Of a DNA stretch of 64,000 nucleotides, positions 13,040 through 26,440 are shown piece after piece. The translations under genes were made by a program, and so were the position numbers. The DNA comes from Felis catus (taxonomy: Eukaryota), in contig NC_058368.1 of the NCBI RefSeq assembly GCF_018350175.1, forward strand, positions 121,212,001 to 121,276,000, written 5' to 3'. Positions within the stretch are counted from its first letter, which is position 1; the number at the start of each line of letters is the position of its first letter. The notes under the pieces are model-generated. The model searched no databases and was not told the DNA's origin. It saw only the letters and a list, made by a program, of their open reading frames with translations.

Positions 13040-13241
13040 AATGTTTATTTATTTTTGAGACAGAGAGAGACACAGCATGAACGGGGGAGGGGCAGAGAGA
13101 GAGGGAAACACAGATCGGAAGCAGGCTCCAGGCTCTGAGCCATCAGCCCAGAGCCCGACGCGGGGCTCGAACTCGCGGACCGCGAGATCGTGACCCGAGC
13201 TGAAGTCGGACGCTTAACAGACTGAGCCACCCAGGCACCCC
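13040..13241 (-). mobile_element. Young felid CanSINE (SINEC_Fc-like)
   Basis: Reverse complement has the GGGGTGCCTGGGTGGCTCAGT head, (CT)n and A-tail. TSD TATGTATTTTTTTT at 13026-13039 and 13243-13256. 14 CpGs counted in 13081-13220. Confidence 0.95.
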
Positions 13242-13270
13242 ATATGTATTTTTTTTTCAACTTCTTTCTC

Positions 13271-13455
13271 AGGACACCTGGGTGGCTCAGTCGGTTAAGC
13301 ATCCGACTCTTGGTTTCGGCTCAGGTTGTGATCTCACAGTTCATGAGATTGAGCCCTGCGTGGGGCTGTGTGCTGACAGCGCAGAGCCTGCTTGGGATTC
13401 TCTCTCCCTCTCCTTCTCTCTCTCAAAATAAATAAATAAACTTAAAAAAAAAAAA
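13271..13455 (+). mobile_element. CanSINE
   Basis: GGACACCTGGGTGGCTCAGTCGGTTAAGC head, (CT)n, AATAAA repeats and A-tail. TSD AACTTCTTTC at 13259-13268 and 13454-13463. Confidence 0.93.
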
Positions 13456-16400
13456 CTTCTTTCCAAATAAGAGAAATAGGCATTTTAGTATCATTTTTAA
13501 AATATGTATTTCAATTTTCTGTTGCTTCTGACCTTAGTCTTCCAATAAAATAAGTAAATAAGACAATGCTGTGATTCAGGACAACGGCTCTCTACTCATG
13601 TACTGGCTGTGTGCTTCTGGGCAAATTACTTAGTGACTCCAGGCATCATTGCTGTAAAACAGAAACAGCTCACCTCACAGGGTTATTGGGAGGATTTAAC
13701 AAGGTGATATCTATAATGTGCTTAGCCAGGGTCTGGACAAAGAAAGGTTCTAGTAAAGGTTAACTGTCTGCTTGCACTCTCTTTTAAAGTACTACCACAC
13801 TTCCTGCATTTGGACTGCTTTTTCACTGCATGTAAACACGGAGCTACAGCAATCAGGGCATCACTTGGAGGATAAATCAAGATCCTTCATGTAAAATTCT
13901 TAGCACAGGACATGACACATGGTAAACCCAGTGACAGTGAATATGAGGAACTGTTGTTACTATTTCCCATTCATTCGACAGACACGTACAGAACGCTTTT
14001 TATCAATACGACTCTTGGCTGGGCTCTAGTGATGAACAGAAATAAATAAGATATGATCCTTGTCCTCAAAGAACTTAAGATCTTTTGAGAGAGCCATGCA
14101 AAGTAATCATTATGATGCAGTTAATTAAGGCAGTGAGATGGGTGCAACTGTTGTCTTTATTTTCTCATAAAAGATTTGTGCTCAATACAAGTTTGTGTAA
14201 GACAAAAAAAAGGGTAGAAAATGGTTACAGATAAAAATTTACAGCATCCTCTCTTTGGTTTGGGGGCAGTTATGGAGGTTGCAGATGGTCTAATCCTAAG
14301 TGCCCAAGCATTTACAGAAACCCATGACACTGAGGATTACAACCCTCAGAATAAGTGAGAGGCACATACACTGGGTGGTGAGTTCTGGTGTCACAGTCCT
14401 GATGCTGCTGGTTTTGGAAAATGGGCCTGTCAGCCATCATTCACAGACACAGCATAGAAAGCCAAGAGAAGAGGTGGGAGAACGTGGACTATTCACCATT
14501 ACCCTTCCCCGAGAGGCTAATGGGAAAACTTTAGCCTGGAGATCATGAGAAATAAGGCACATACTCCTGGGGTGCCTGAAACAGATCACCCAAGCTCAGG
14601 GCTTCAGCCAAACTACCAGTGTTAGAGAAGGCAAGAATGAAACTCTCTGGCAGTCAGGAAACCTGGCCCATGTGGCCACTGCAGCCCACCCTTAGGTCTC
14701 AGTGTAGCTGGCCATAGGTTCCTCCTCAAGTCCGCAGAGTCCCCAGTGCTGTCGTCCCCCGGCCTCCACAGCACGCATCAGACTATATGGCGTTTTCCAC
14801 TCACTTCTCTTTCCTACTGGACCATAAGCCCCACGTGGTTAAGGAGGTATGTTGTCTCCTCTGTAGCTTGCACAGTGCATGAAATACAAACAGCATTCGG
14901 TAAGTATTTAATTACTGAATGCATACTGCTTGCCATGCTGCAAGAAACTGCAATTAGATTCAGCAGCTTCATGGCTGAGGAGCTCCTGGTGTCTTCCCCT
15001 GAGGCTAGAGGAGAGGGGATATACCAGCCATTTTATCCCCAGGATCCTCTCTAGCCCCTGTCTCGTTGACAAGGGTGTTTCTTGATGTCAAGCCAGGTGT
15101 GTTAGGAATGGCACATAGGTGCTTTCAGAGGTAATTGGGAGGTGAAAAAAGAAGTCCAACCAGAATGGAGCCAGGTAGGAACACCAACGGAAGGATGTGC
15201 CACAAACCTCTGAGCAAGGTGCCCTGGTTTTGCAGAATTAAAGATGATATTGGTGCATATAGTATTTTAATTGGTTGCCAAGGCAATGCAGCAGAATCAG
15301 TGGGCATGGGGCAGGAATAGAACTCTGCAGAGCTGTGTTCAGGAGGGGTGTTTGTGATATTAACAAGCTGCGTGGAGCTGAGAAAGGCAAGGCTGCAATA
15401 AATCTTATCTGGGACTTTTGCTTAATAAACAAGAATGGCAGAGAAAAGGAGGGGCAGAGGAGAAATCTTCCCTTGCTGGCTCTCTGGAGAAGCAGGAAAG
15501 ACAGTCTTCTAGATTTCAAATTTCTCCTTGGACTTGTAAATTCCCATAGATGAGGAAAATCCAAGTAGATTGGTTCCATGCAATTGGTTCCATGGGAGGG
15601 GGAATAGGGTGATTGAAGAATGGAAGGAGATGGCCATGTTCTCTTCCTCTTGAGAGATCCTAAAAGGATCCAGGCTCCAGGAGCCTGCATTTTAACAGAA
15701 AGAAGATGTCCCATCCCCCTCCTTTGGTATTAGAGAATTTCTGATTAAATATCTTTTTATTGTTTTATTTTTGTTTTCAAAAGATTTTGAAACACTAGGA
15801 TTTTTTTTTCATTATGGTAAAACATGTTCTGGGTTTCCTAACTTGGCCATTCTAGCTGCTATCCCAAGGCCTAGTGAATCCAGCAGACTTCATCGTGTGG
15901 AGTGACTGTCCTGATTGCTTGGGCAAGAAGTGATGGACCAGGGAAGAGAGAAGCCAGAGAGGAGGTGGAAATAGATATTAGCGCCTTAATAACAACATCC
16001 ATCACATCATTTGTACCATGTGCCAGACACTGTGCGAAATAAACATGGTTTTCCTTGAATCCTCCTAACAACCCATGCAAGTCAGTGGTATTTTCCCACT
16101 TAATAGATGAGGAAACTGTTAGGAAGTGTCAGAAACAGGATATGAACCAGGTCTGCCTGCATCCAAGGACTGGGCTCTTAACCAGATCAGTCCAGGGGAC
16201 CAAGACTGGTCGCCCAAGTACGGCTGTTCCCTTGGAGCTCCACACAGCTTTGCACTCTCTACCACAGCTGGTTGGTACCTGTTGGCACCAAAAGTACCAT
16301 TCTAATGTTGCTGATAAGCTTTCAGAGCATGATGTAATCTGCGGCCAACCCAGTTCCACGTTAATGATATGCTGTGTCTTAACTGGGTGCTTCTTGGTCA

Positions 16401-17794
16401 GAAATTTAAGGTTTTCAGTGGTAGATAGGAGTTAAGGTGAACAGAGACGGAAATGAGAGGGAGGGAATGGAGTCAGAGAAAAGAGGAGGGTAGAGAAGAG
16501 AAAGGCAGAAAAGTTTGCATCTGTGATCTACACTGGGGCAACAAAAACCAACAGGGAGAAGGAGAAAAGGGAGGAAAGCTGATCAAGGGACCACATGCAC
16601 AAGGGCAGAATACTTGGAGAGATATGTTATCAGGAGTTAGGACAAGCTCTGATCCAGAACCGGTCTGCTTTGCCTAGAAATGCAAACAGAGTCAGAACAA
16701 ATATTTATGCTCTGTTCCTTTTGGAAACCTGTCATCTGGATTGGCAAAATGGTCCTAGGTGGGGACAAATAGAGCCTGAAATTCAGGAAAGTCAGCTTCT
16801 AATCCTGCCTTAGCTGAAAACCAACCATGTGACATGAAATGTACCTGAGCGCTTAACGTGTGAGCAATTACTGTACTTACAGGAAAAGTCCCAGATTCTT
16901 TAAATCTCAAGATTCTAGCATCTCAAATTTAAAACTTATCCTTTTTATATTTTACAGATTATACAAAAGATACACAAGAATCGGAATTTAAAGAAATAAA
17001 ATATAAAGGGTTTCAGAAAAATAGGTACCGTTTTTGAGCCTTTACCGTCTTCAAGGGACTGTGCTAAATACTTTACCTGCAAAGGCTTTTAAATCCACAG
17101 AGCAACAGATAAGGAAACTGAGGCTCAGAAATACTGAGTAGCTTGCCCACAGTTACTCACATAGATTAAGTGCACGCCCACATTCTTGACCACTCTTGAC
17201 ATTATACTGGTTAATCGTGCATCAACAGTAGCTCTCCCTCTCTTGCGCAAGGAGTATATCTAGAACATACTTCTGTAACTTATTAACGTGGCTTTTATAA
17301 GTTTCTCCAAGTCATGTTACCTTTGTAAATGTTGTCACTCTAGAACTACATAGTACCAACCACATGTACAAGGATTGAGTGAACCCTCTGATTCCTTTAA
17401 TATTCTAGAATCACATGCCTGAAAGAGATCTTAAAAGTCCTCCGAGCCAACCATTTCTCCTGTGCTTCAGTCCTCTCTTGGACTTCCCACATAACTGGTG
17501 CATTTAAATCTCCAGTATGGGAGAGTTTTCTATGCCTGAACCCACTCTTATTGCCCCAACCTCTAGGCAGCAGTATTAGAAAAGTCTTCCTGCAATTGAG
17601 CCAACAAGACACAGCTATCCTTTCTTTGGCTAGGGAGACCAAAGGTCATTGAAGGCAACTTAGAAGGTGTGCATTTTATTCTTATGTCTTATTTTCTCCA
17701 GGCTGAAGTACTTCACTTAGTTCACCTGGTGAGCAGGTTTTAAGTCACCTGGTGAGCTGGTCTTAACCCAGGGGGTGAGATCCAAGAAGAGGAG

Positions 17795-18035
17795 CAGGGG
17801 CTCTGAAGTCATAATAGTTGATTGAAAATCCCAGCTCTACCTCTTGTTAGCTGTGTGACCTTGTGCAAGTCATTTAATCCCCCTTAGCCCTGATCTCTTC
17901 CTCTGAAAATGGGTAACAGTACCTGCCATATGCATTCGTTCTGAGGATTAAATGAGATAGTACATGTGACACATTCAAGGACTGATTCATAAATGCATAC
18001 TTCAGACATGTTAATAATTTTTATTATTCTTCACT
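17795..18035 (+). mobile_element. MIR
   Basis: ATCCCAGCTCTACC...AGCTGTGTGACCTTGTGCAAGTCATTTAA...GAGGATTAAATGAGAT. Confidence 0.75.
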
Positions 18036-18585
18036 ATTATTATTGCCAGTCTCTCTGCATCAGTACCCATCTTATTTCACGGAGGGCACCTGCTCCAGAG
18101 TCCAGTTGCTGTCTGTTTAAACTGCCCACAAAGAAACGTAACAGAGTTTCGTCCTATGAAAGATCTCCAAATTAACTCCACACTAGCTTTCAGGTAGCTT
18201 CAGGAACAACTGCCACACTCCTCAAGAGTCTCTCTTGGGATCTCTTCCTGGTAGAGAGCCTCTAGCTATCACAAGCCTTGCTACAACAACAGTATTATAG
18301 GGACATTACTCTTTAAAACACCATAGAAAATACCTTTTTCATCATGTTCTAAGTTGTGGAGGGCACATTTAACCTTTCTGTGGTGCATGGTAGGTTACTG
18401 GTATAAAATAAACTCAATAAAAGGAAGAAATTGTGCACTGAAATAATAATACCACTAGTATTAACTCATTACATAAATATATATTGAGTGCTTAAATAAA
18501 TATGTATTGAGTGCTATAACCATAAGCAAGACAGACATATAATATACACTCTTCTGGGGATGATAAAAAGAACCAAGACCCCCAT

Positions 18586-18870
18586 GGTCTTAGGTCCCCC
18601 CAGAATTAGACCCTATCATGAACACTGAGTGCTTACAGATTATTTGGGAAGTATAATGACATTGGCAGGAGAGTGGGGATATCATACAAAGGAGGGATGG
18701 TGGCTGGTGTTATGAAGCCATTTATCACAGGGGATGACTAGAGCTCAATCCTTCAGGAAAGCTCTGGGAAACAGTGTAAAACTCAGACCTCAGAATCATC
18801 CTGGCCAACAGATGAAAGATCTGGGGTATTGATGCCCATGTACCTGTCACTCATTGGCTAAGAACTGCCC
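18586..18870 (-). mobile_element. ERVL LTR fragment (LTR16-like)
   Basis: GTCTTAGG...CCCCCAGAA...AGACCCT...GAGCTCAATCC...CTCTGGGAAACAGTGTA...CTGGGGTATT...GTCACTCATTGG matches the recalled antisense LTR16 consensus. Confidence 0.6.
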
Positions 18871-19109
18871 CATGGGCCAAAATAGTTTCTAGAGGGTCAA
18901 GGGAAGGCTTCCTACAAAATTGTAGATGTTGACTATTGGAAGTGAGGCTGGATTACACAGAAATGGTAAAGTGATCTGAAAAGATGAGCGTCGAGTACCA
19001 TCAGCATCATGCACACATACCAAATTACCAAAATAATCACAAATTGTGATCAGTTTACTGAATAAACTAACTCTACACAAAGGTATAAAATAAAGGGTGA
19101 AAGGGAAGG

Positions 19110-19590
19110 CTTCTGACCAGAGTAGTCAAAGAATGCCTTGTTAAGAGGAGGCATTTTTGCTGAAACCTGAAGAATGAGAGGAAGACAGTTCCATGAAGGG
19201 CAGAGAATTGGGGTACAGCTCTGGAGAACATCTTGAGCTCTGTCCCCAGAGGGCAGAGGGAGCTTAGTGAGTCTAGGGAACTGACTGGAGACCCAGATGG
19301 CTACAGGGGAAGGTCTAGAGGACCAAGGTGCTGTGGTGATCAAAGAGATTGGATCCTACTGGCAGTCAGAAAGATCAAAGATGGGAAGTAATTTGACCTG
19401 ATTTTCAGTTTAATATTTACTTTGGCTCCTGTGTGAGAAATTAACATCTGCGGGACAAGAATGGTAGCAGAAGACCAATTCTAGTCTTCTCGATGGGTGG
19501 CCCGGACTAAGATGGTGGCAGTGATGGAGAGAAGTGGATGGATATGAGAGCAAATCTGGAAGTAGAAACAGGAGAACTTGCTGCAATCTG
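19110..19590 (-). mobile_element. L2 fragment
   Basis: GCTGAAACCTGAAGAATGAG...GATGGAGAGAAGTGGATGGAT...GGAAGTAGAA...GAACTTGCTG. Confidence 0.55.
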
Positions 19591-22500
19591 GACTCTAAGC
19601 GTCACTAACTTTTACTGTGCTAATAAGCACTTCCATTTGACTCTTGCAACCGCTGCATGAGGTATTACCTTCATTCCCATTTTACAGATGGGAAGACCAA
19701 GGTTCAGAAAGATTAATTTGCTGGAGGTCACACCAAGAATAAGAGACAAAGGTGGATGTGGCCAAAGCTGATGCTCTTTAAGAGCTCGCTGGTAGCACTA
19801 AAACAGAGAGGTGGGGTCAGCTGCATGTCCCCTTCTCGGAATGTGCACATCACCGTTCACTTCAGTGGCAGCACTTGTAGGATGTCTATGAGGCACAGGA
19901 ACAATCATAGGCATTAAAAACAGAAGACATGGGTTTGAATCCCAGCTCTCTCACTTTCTGACTATCATTATAACTCTTGGCCTCAGTTTCCTTCCCAGTA
20001 AAGTCACATAACACCTACTTCAAATGGTTATTCTTGAGATTAAGTGGTACGTTGTAAAGCTCAATCAGTAGGGTATCCCAGCATCAATTCAGACCGTGTC
20101 CCCAGGTGCCCCCACCTGGGAGCAGAACTGGGGCCAAGTCAGGCTCCCTCCTTTAGGAGTTGGTTCAGAAGACTTGACTGAGCAGACTCGGGACGGGTTC
20201 CTTCAAAGGGGAACTCATCTAAGCAAATTCCTCCCACAACTCTGTCTGCGGCCTGACCTAGACCGGGTACTGCATAAAGGCACTCCTGAACCAAGTTCAA
20301 CTCAGGCTTTTTTGAAAAATGCCACCTTATAAGGGATCATAAAGCATAGATGCTGAGAGCTACCAAGGACTGTAAAAAACATCTAGTCCAATGTCTCACA
20401 CAAACGTGGAGTCTAAGGCTTAGTGAGAGGAGTAGACTTTGCAAGGCCTCACATTTGCCAGTAAATAGGCACAAGGACCAGAGTCCAGGTCTCCTGAATC
20501 TCAGTCCGAGCACCTTGTATTTTACCAAACTGCCTTGCATCTTGCCGTGTCATTGTAATTAGTTTGCTGGGCTTGGGTCAGAGGCCTCCAAACCAGATTT
20601 CAGCATAAAGAATATTTTTAGAAACATGAACACATTCAGATCATGTCTAGTGTTTTGCAGCGTGGCCTCTTCAGGGCACTTTCAGACCTCTGGCGCCCAC
20701 TGCAATTTGGTTTGAGAAGCAAATAACCATTTACGTAGCCTCACAGTTTATGCCAATTTTGAGCCTCAAAAGGCAGTTTCCAAAGACTCAGGGGATAAAA
20801 AAGGGAGACGCAATACAGAGAGACAGAGAATAAAACTAAGTGGCAATGAAAACATGTTTCAAATGAAAAGCAAAAGGTCTGAAAACGGTACATGTGGAAT
20901 TGGCAGCAAATGCCTCTGACTTCATGGACACCATTATGTAAAAATCACTTTTGTCAGCAACCTTTTGCCTAATCCCAACTCTTTTAGTGTTGCTTTTTAA
21001 CGTTCAAAATTATTTCCAAAGAATGGAAGTGATTACTGGGTCACAGGGGATGATATTTGTGAGGCTCCCTTACATAATATTAATTTGCTTTCATCTGTGT
21101 TCACAAAACACTTTCAATCACAAGTCACAGAAACCCACCTCAAACCAGCTCAACTACAAGTGTGAATGTGTTAGCTCAAAGAATGGGAACCGCAGGGCCT
21201 CTTAAAGACCCAGATTGTCCTGTCAGATCACTTTCCTCTGTCTTGATTCCACCTCTTTCTACATATTGGCATCATTCACTCCAAGTGCAAAGGCCATTTT
21301 CCATGATGCACATAGAAGAAGGTGCATCCTCCCAGGTACTTAGTGACAAACAATAGAATCTACTGCAAAAACAGATTTAAGAGACAAGATTTGTTTAAAA
21401 AAAAAAAAAGAGGATAGGAAGTAGTTCAAAGAATTTCTAGGAGGGCCGCAAAGCCTGATTTGAGGCCACCTTGCCAGGAACAACGCCCCCCCGGTGATCA
21501 AAGGCTGACCTCCTGTCACGAGCTCCCGCTTCAAATTCAAGTCAGGTCTCTGCAACTGACAAAGCCTAAACCCCCGAGTCCAAGCCACACCGATAAAGCA
21601 AGGCATCTTCACTTCTCAATTTTGAGGCAGTTTCTGCCACCCACCAAGATTTATAAGGTGGGCGTCTTCCCAAACATAGAAAGGGGGTTCAGATACAGGC
21701 ATTCAAAGGGATCACAAATACGTACTGTAAGAAACATGGCAACAGCTCAGATTTACACTGCTCCACCCCTACAACGGGGATAGAAGGAAGGTCTCTTTCA
21801 GCGTGCAATTAGTAAATATGTGCCAGTTTGAAATGACCCAGAAGCTTTAACAATTAAAGCCTGATTCCAGATCCTAAGACTCCTTTGTGTCTGATGCTGA
21901 TGAGACTAAGATGGAATTAAAGTCATCTGTTCTCTTCATTTCCCTGTGTCTGAAAGATTTGTTCCCTGACCTTTAGTTTAAGATGGCCAGGTTGACCTAC
22001 CTCACTTGGTCTAACTTTTATGGCTGTTTAATTTCTTCTTTGGAGGTAGGGGGAAGGGACATAGTATTTCTGACAAATGGAAATCTGGCATTTTTACCAA
22101 TGGCAGTCTACTGAAATAGAAAATGAGACTCTTACCTAGGAAGAATATTAACAGGATGTAAGATTGCTATTGGCACTTCAAGATACATTAGCAGGGTCAA
22201 AACTGGGATCAAAAAGAACTCAATAGGCAAGGCAGATGGCACATACAATTCTCAGTTTCATTGAAAACAGGGCAGGAAGTTAAAATGCAATCCCTCAAAG
22301 AGCTTTCACAGGTAGTGTGATATTTGATAGCAGCAAGCAACTGATGGAAATTTTTATACAGATGCTGAAATTAGCTTTGCTAACACATATTCCTGTGGTG
22401 AGCACTACCCAACCTTGACTCCTGCAAAGTTGCCCACAGAGATAAAATGAAGAGGGCTAACTGATAACATTTTCTGAAGACAGGAGGATTTTTCAGGAAC

Positions 22501-23119
22501 CATTGCATTCCTGCCTCTATCCTCCCCTCTCCCCCGTCATGTCAGTTCAAAAGAGTTTGTGGTGGGGAAAAGTCCCGAGGGGGTCATCTTTAGATGTCAC
22601 TTGTGACAGTTTCCCTAATTTGGTAGTAAACATAAGAACATACTGAGTCATGAGAATTTTCTCATTTCTCAGTAAAGCACATTCTTCGACTCCTCTCCAG
22701 ACTACTCCTGACTCTGGCCTGGGGAAGGGGAGAGAGCCCACGAGAGAGAACATTGCAGAGGCAGATGCCGTCATGCTCAGTATTCTAGGTGCAGACAGGG
22801 AACTATTTCAGGATTCTCTGGAATGAAAGGACTCCAATTTCTGAAATACAGGAAATAATCATTGTGATTGGTGGTGACAAGAATTTTTTTTTAGCTTTGA
22901 TCTAAAAATAGAAGGAGTCTGGGCATCCACTTGGGCACATGCACTGTAACCACAGTGGTTTTGTCATTTTAAGTGAAGTTGCTGACTGAGGCTGTCAATT
23001 CAGCAAGAAAGAGAAGTTGGCCAAGCCAGAGTCGTTAACCTCAAGTGTCGATTTTTATTGATACTGTTTAGACCAATGTATCCAAGGAAATTTCCTCTGC
23101 ATGAACCCAGTTTATCAGC

Positions 23120-23640
23120 TGTATGTATGAGGGCCTTTTCAGTTGTAATTTGAAAAGTTCCTTGCCAAACTAACTTGAAAAAAATGGGAGATGGTTTTGT
23201 GGAGATGTGACAAGTGGATCTTAGTCATGGCAGTATCTAGGAGTTCACAGTCATCTGAATTCTGTATGTAACTCTCTGGCTCTCACCCCTGCCTACTGCA
23301 GCTTTCTTCATTCTCAGGAAAGTTCTTTCCTGGAGAAAGATATTGGCAGCCAAAGTCTATGTCATTCTTAAAGCTCTTAATCTTAGACAAATTGAGGGTT
23401 TCTTCTTCCATGACAGCTCTACCAAGGAGACTCCAATTAGCTTACCTTGGTCTCCAGTGCTTCTCTAAGAGTGATTGAGGCGAATAGGATAGAAGGAATA
23501 CTCTGATTGGTCAGGACTAGGTCACATGGCCAACTCTAAAGCCAGAGGGCAGAGCAGGGTCAGCCCACCTAAACACCTCAGGTACTGAGCAGAATTACTA
23601 GGGAGTAAAGGAGAGTTAGTTCACGAGAGAAGAGAGTCTG
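23120..23640 (-). mobile_element. Old MaLR LTR (MLT1K/L-like)
   Basis: Starts TGTATG...TTTCAGTTGTAA; contains CTCTGATTGGTCAGGACTAGGTCACATGGCCAACTCT. Confidence 0.5.
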
Positions 23641-24019
23641 TGCAGACCAATGTCTCAGTAAGAATACATTTAAATCCTGGGTACATTTTTAGGTTATTAG
23701 CTTTTTATGCACAGAAGTTAAAAGCAAAAAGAACCAAAATTCAAAGTACCCCACCAACACCTTATTATTTCCCCGAACTTTCTCACTTTCCATCCAGCCT
23801 CTTCACCACTGCACAAATCAGTCTATCAAAATCCTGCTCAAACTTTCTAAGTTCCTGTTCCAATGCTGCCTCTTTAGAAAATCTTCTCAGTTGGTCCCGT
23901 GAGACTCTGTCTCCCTGCTCTGTTCCTGTATGAACTGGCACTACCTTGCCCTGCCTTCGTATGTATTATATATGCATGGTTTTGCCTTATGCCCTCTGCC
24001 CCCTGCACTCAGAGGATAC

Positions 24020-24065
24020 TTTTTTATTTTTTCAGAAAGAGAGAGGGTGCAAGTGAGCAAAGGGC

Positions 24066-24100
<35 letters not shown>

Positions 24101-24298
24101 CAGAGAGAATTCCAGGAGGGGCAGAAGGGGAGGAGAGGGGGAGAGAGAGAGAGAGAGAAGAGGTGCTCACCCAAAGCAGGTTCATTCTTGCCTGGAGTGG
24201 GGCTCAAGCTCACCCAATGGGGACTCAAATTCATGAACCATGAGATCATGACATGAACCAAAGTCGGATGCTTAATGACTGAGCTACCCAGGCGCCCC
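24020..24298 (-). mobile_element. CanSINE variant with an internally reiterated segment and two (GA)n tracts
   Basis: Head complement GAGCTACCCAGGCGCCCC ends at 24298; reiterated GCTCACCCAA...GGGCTCA units; two GGGCAGA-(GA)n modules. Confidence 0.85.
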
Positions 24299-24469
24299 AG
24301 AAAATTCTTTAAAAAGAAACAGAAATAAGGGGGCAAGTGAAGGAGGAAAAAAAGAGGCTGAGTATTTCTTGTCTGTTTCTCCTCCTGGACTCAGTTCTTA
24401 GTGGGGCAATGATTCTGCGTTGTTCAACTCTTCCTTTTTTTAGAGCTTGCACTAAATAAATACTGAGTA

Positions 24470-24565
24470 CATGGATGAATGGATGGAGGGAGGGATTGAT
24501 GGAGAGAGGGATGGAGGGATGGAAGGAGGGAGGGAGGGAGGGATGCATGGAGGGATGGAGGGATA
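24470..24565. repeat. (GGAT/GGAG)n degenerate tetranucleotide repeat at an L2 3' end
   Basis: Read directly from the sequence. Confidence 0.8.
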
Positions 24566-24955
24566 AATGGAAGACTCTTGGAGTTAATTGTAGGCTGGCA
24601 TAAGCCTTCCCACTGTACCAATAAGAAAGAGTTCCAAAGAATGAAGGGATTAAGATCAGCTGAGTGAGCAACCAAAAGTTTTATAGTACCAAGTGTCGTA
24701 ACCACACTGAGACAAATAGGACATAATACATTTAAATTATTGCAAAAGGGAATTTGTTTTAACATAATGACAAACTACCCTCCTGTCAGGCTGATTAAAT
24801 ACGAGAACCCCTCCTACCATCACTTGTAATTACTTTCCAAGTTTCCTGACAACAGGGACTGGAGTAAATATTATCAAGTGACCTGTAACCATGTCCCTCA
24901 CCCCCAGTTCTTTGATTCCTTGGAGTTCCCCCTAACTGTTTGGGGTTTTTTGGGG

Positions 24956-24958
<3 letters not shown>

Positions 24959-24996
<38 letters not shown>
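24959..24996. repeat. (TG)19 microsatellite
   Basis: Read directly from the sequence. Confidence 0.97.
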
Positions 24997-24999
<3 letters not shown>

Positions 25000-25714
25000 A
25001 TTGCAGCATCTCCGTATCACCAGAACATCCAAAAAGTGCAGTTTTGGTTGAGTTCTGCTTACAGAAAAAGAAGTAAGCAGATTGTAGAGATTTGCGTTTG
25101 TCAGTTTTGACTGTGGATCCTTGAGTGATCCACGTCAGGGCTCCACATAGTTTCCATGAAAAATGCTTCGGTAGAAAAACACATTTTTTTGTAGGTTCTG
25201 AGAACAATTAAATGAAGTAGTAAACTCAGTTTTGAGGGTTTGTTATTTGTGACAAGGCCGTTCAAAAAGCAAAAATTAGAAGACCCTGTTTCAGCCATTT
25301 GCAGCTTTTCAGTTTTTCTCCTAGAAATAGCACTGCCCTGTTTTTTCGGAGGTGTTTACCCTCAGGCTATATCTGATTCTGTAAGTGGCCATCAAATGAA
25401 GATTGATGTGAGTTCACTGTTTATCTGGGACTATATTAGCCCCATGGTCAACAGTCAGTTCACACACTGTGTTTCAAATCACTGTAAAGCTGTTCCGAGC
25501 AATCATCATTTTACTATCTAGAGCCATCATCATTTTGGATGAGGGTGATGGCAGTCTTCTGTGAAACTAAGACAAGAAAAAGAAAGTTGAAGTTCAGTTT
25601 TAATCATTTCAACAAACATTGCCTTTTGCACAGACAGCAGTAGAGTGCATTGTGGGGCTTTTAAAGCTGAAAAGAACTAATACAGTCAGTGTTTACATGA
25701 ACTACGCTAAGTGT

Positions 25715-26440
25715 CATTCATCCTTTCAACAAATATTTATTTATCAGCCACCACCATATGGCAGACAGATTGCTAGGCTGGGGGGGGTTGGTGGGGAGGA
25801 GATACAGTGGAGAAAAGTGTAGATGCAATTAGTTACCTCTGTTACCGAGCGTGCAGTCTGGAGTTAGGTAGTGAAACACACAAATAACTATATAATTTTA
25901 AGGTGTGATTTCAGGTGCAATTGGTCATAAGAAAGAAAAGTCTTGAAAGCTGTGGCTTACTCTAGGGGAGGGATATTTGGACAATATTTGACGAGGAAGA
26001 CATAATTAAAATGAGGATCAGAGACCAAAAAAGGTACTTCCTGAGGAAGTAAAGGCTGAGTAGGGACGAGCCAATTGAAGAGGTGGGCAAGGGTATTTGA
26101 AACAAAGGGAATAGCTTGTGCAGCTGAGGAGGGGATAATGAACTGGTAGAGGACAGGACCCAGGCCTTGTAAAGAAGGGGAAAGGAGTCTCAGGGGAGGG
26201 AAGAAAGCAGCAGGGACCCAGTCAGATTTTAAGGACCATGGGAAGCCACTGACATTTTAGATAAGAACGGTATGATCCAGTTTACATTTTCTCAAGACCA
26301 TTCTGGCTGCCTTGGTGAGAAGGACTGGCTGAGGGAAAAATGGAAATAGGGAGACCTATTAGGAGAACATGGTATAGGGAGATGGGGTGGCAGCAGAGAC
26401 AGAGAGCAGTGACATCTTTGAGATCCATTTTACAGACTTG
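25715..26440 (-). mobile_element. L2 fragment(s)
   Basis: Starts CATTCATCCTTTCAACAAATATTTATT (antisense L2 3' end); later GACCATGGGAAGCCACTGA...ATGATCCAGTTTACATTTT...GACCATTCTGGCTGC. Confidence 0.6.

Noticed and set aside
13045..13435. ORFs containing GAWVAQSVK / SAQVMIS motifs, here and at about 24k, 29k, 31k, 41k, 54k and 62k
   Set aside because: These are translations of CanSINEs, not genes.
18473..18515. 23-bp-period duplication ATAAATAT(A/G)TATTGAGTGCT
   Set aside because: A local duplication within an L2 3' end; ordinary.
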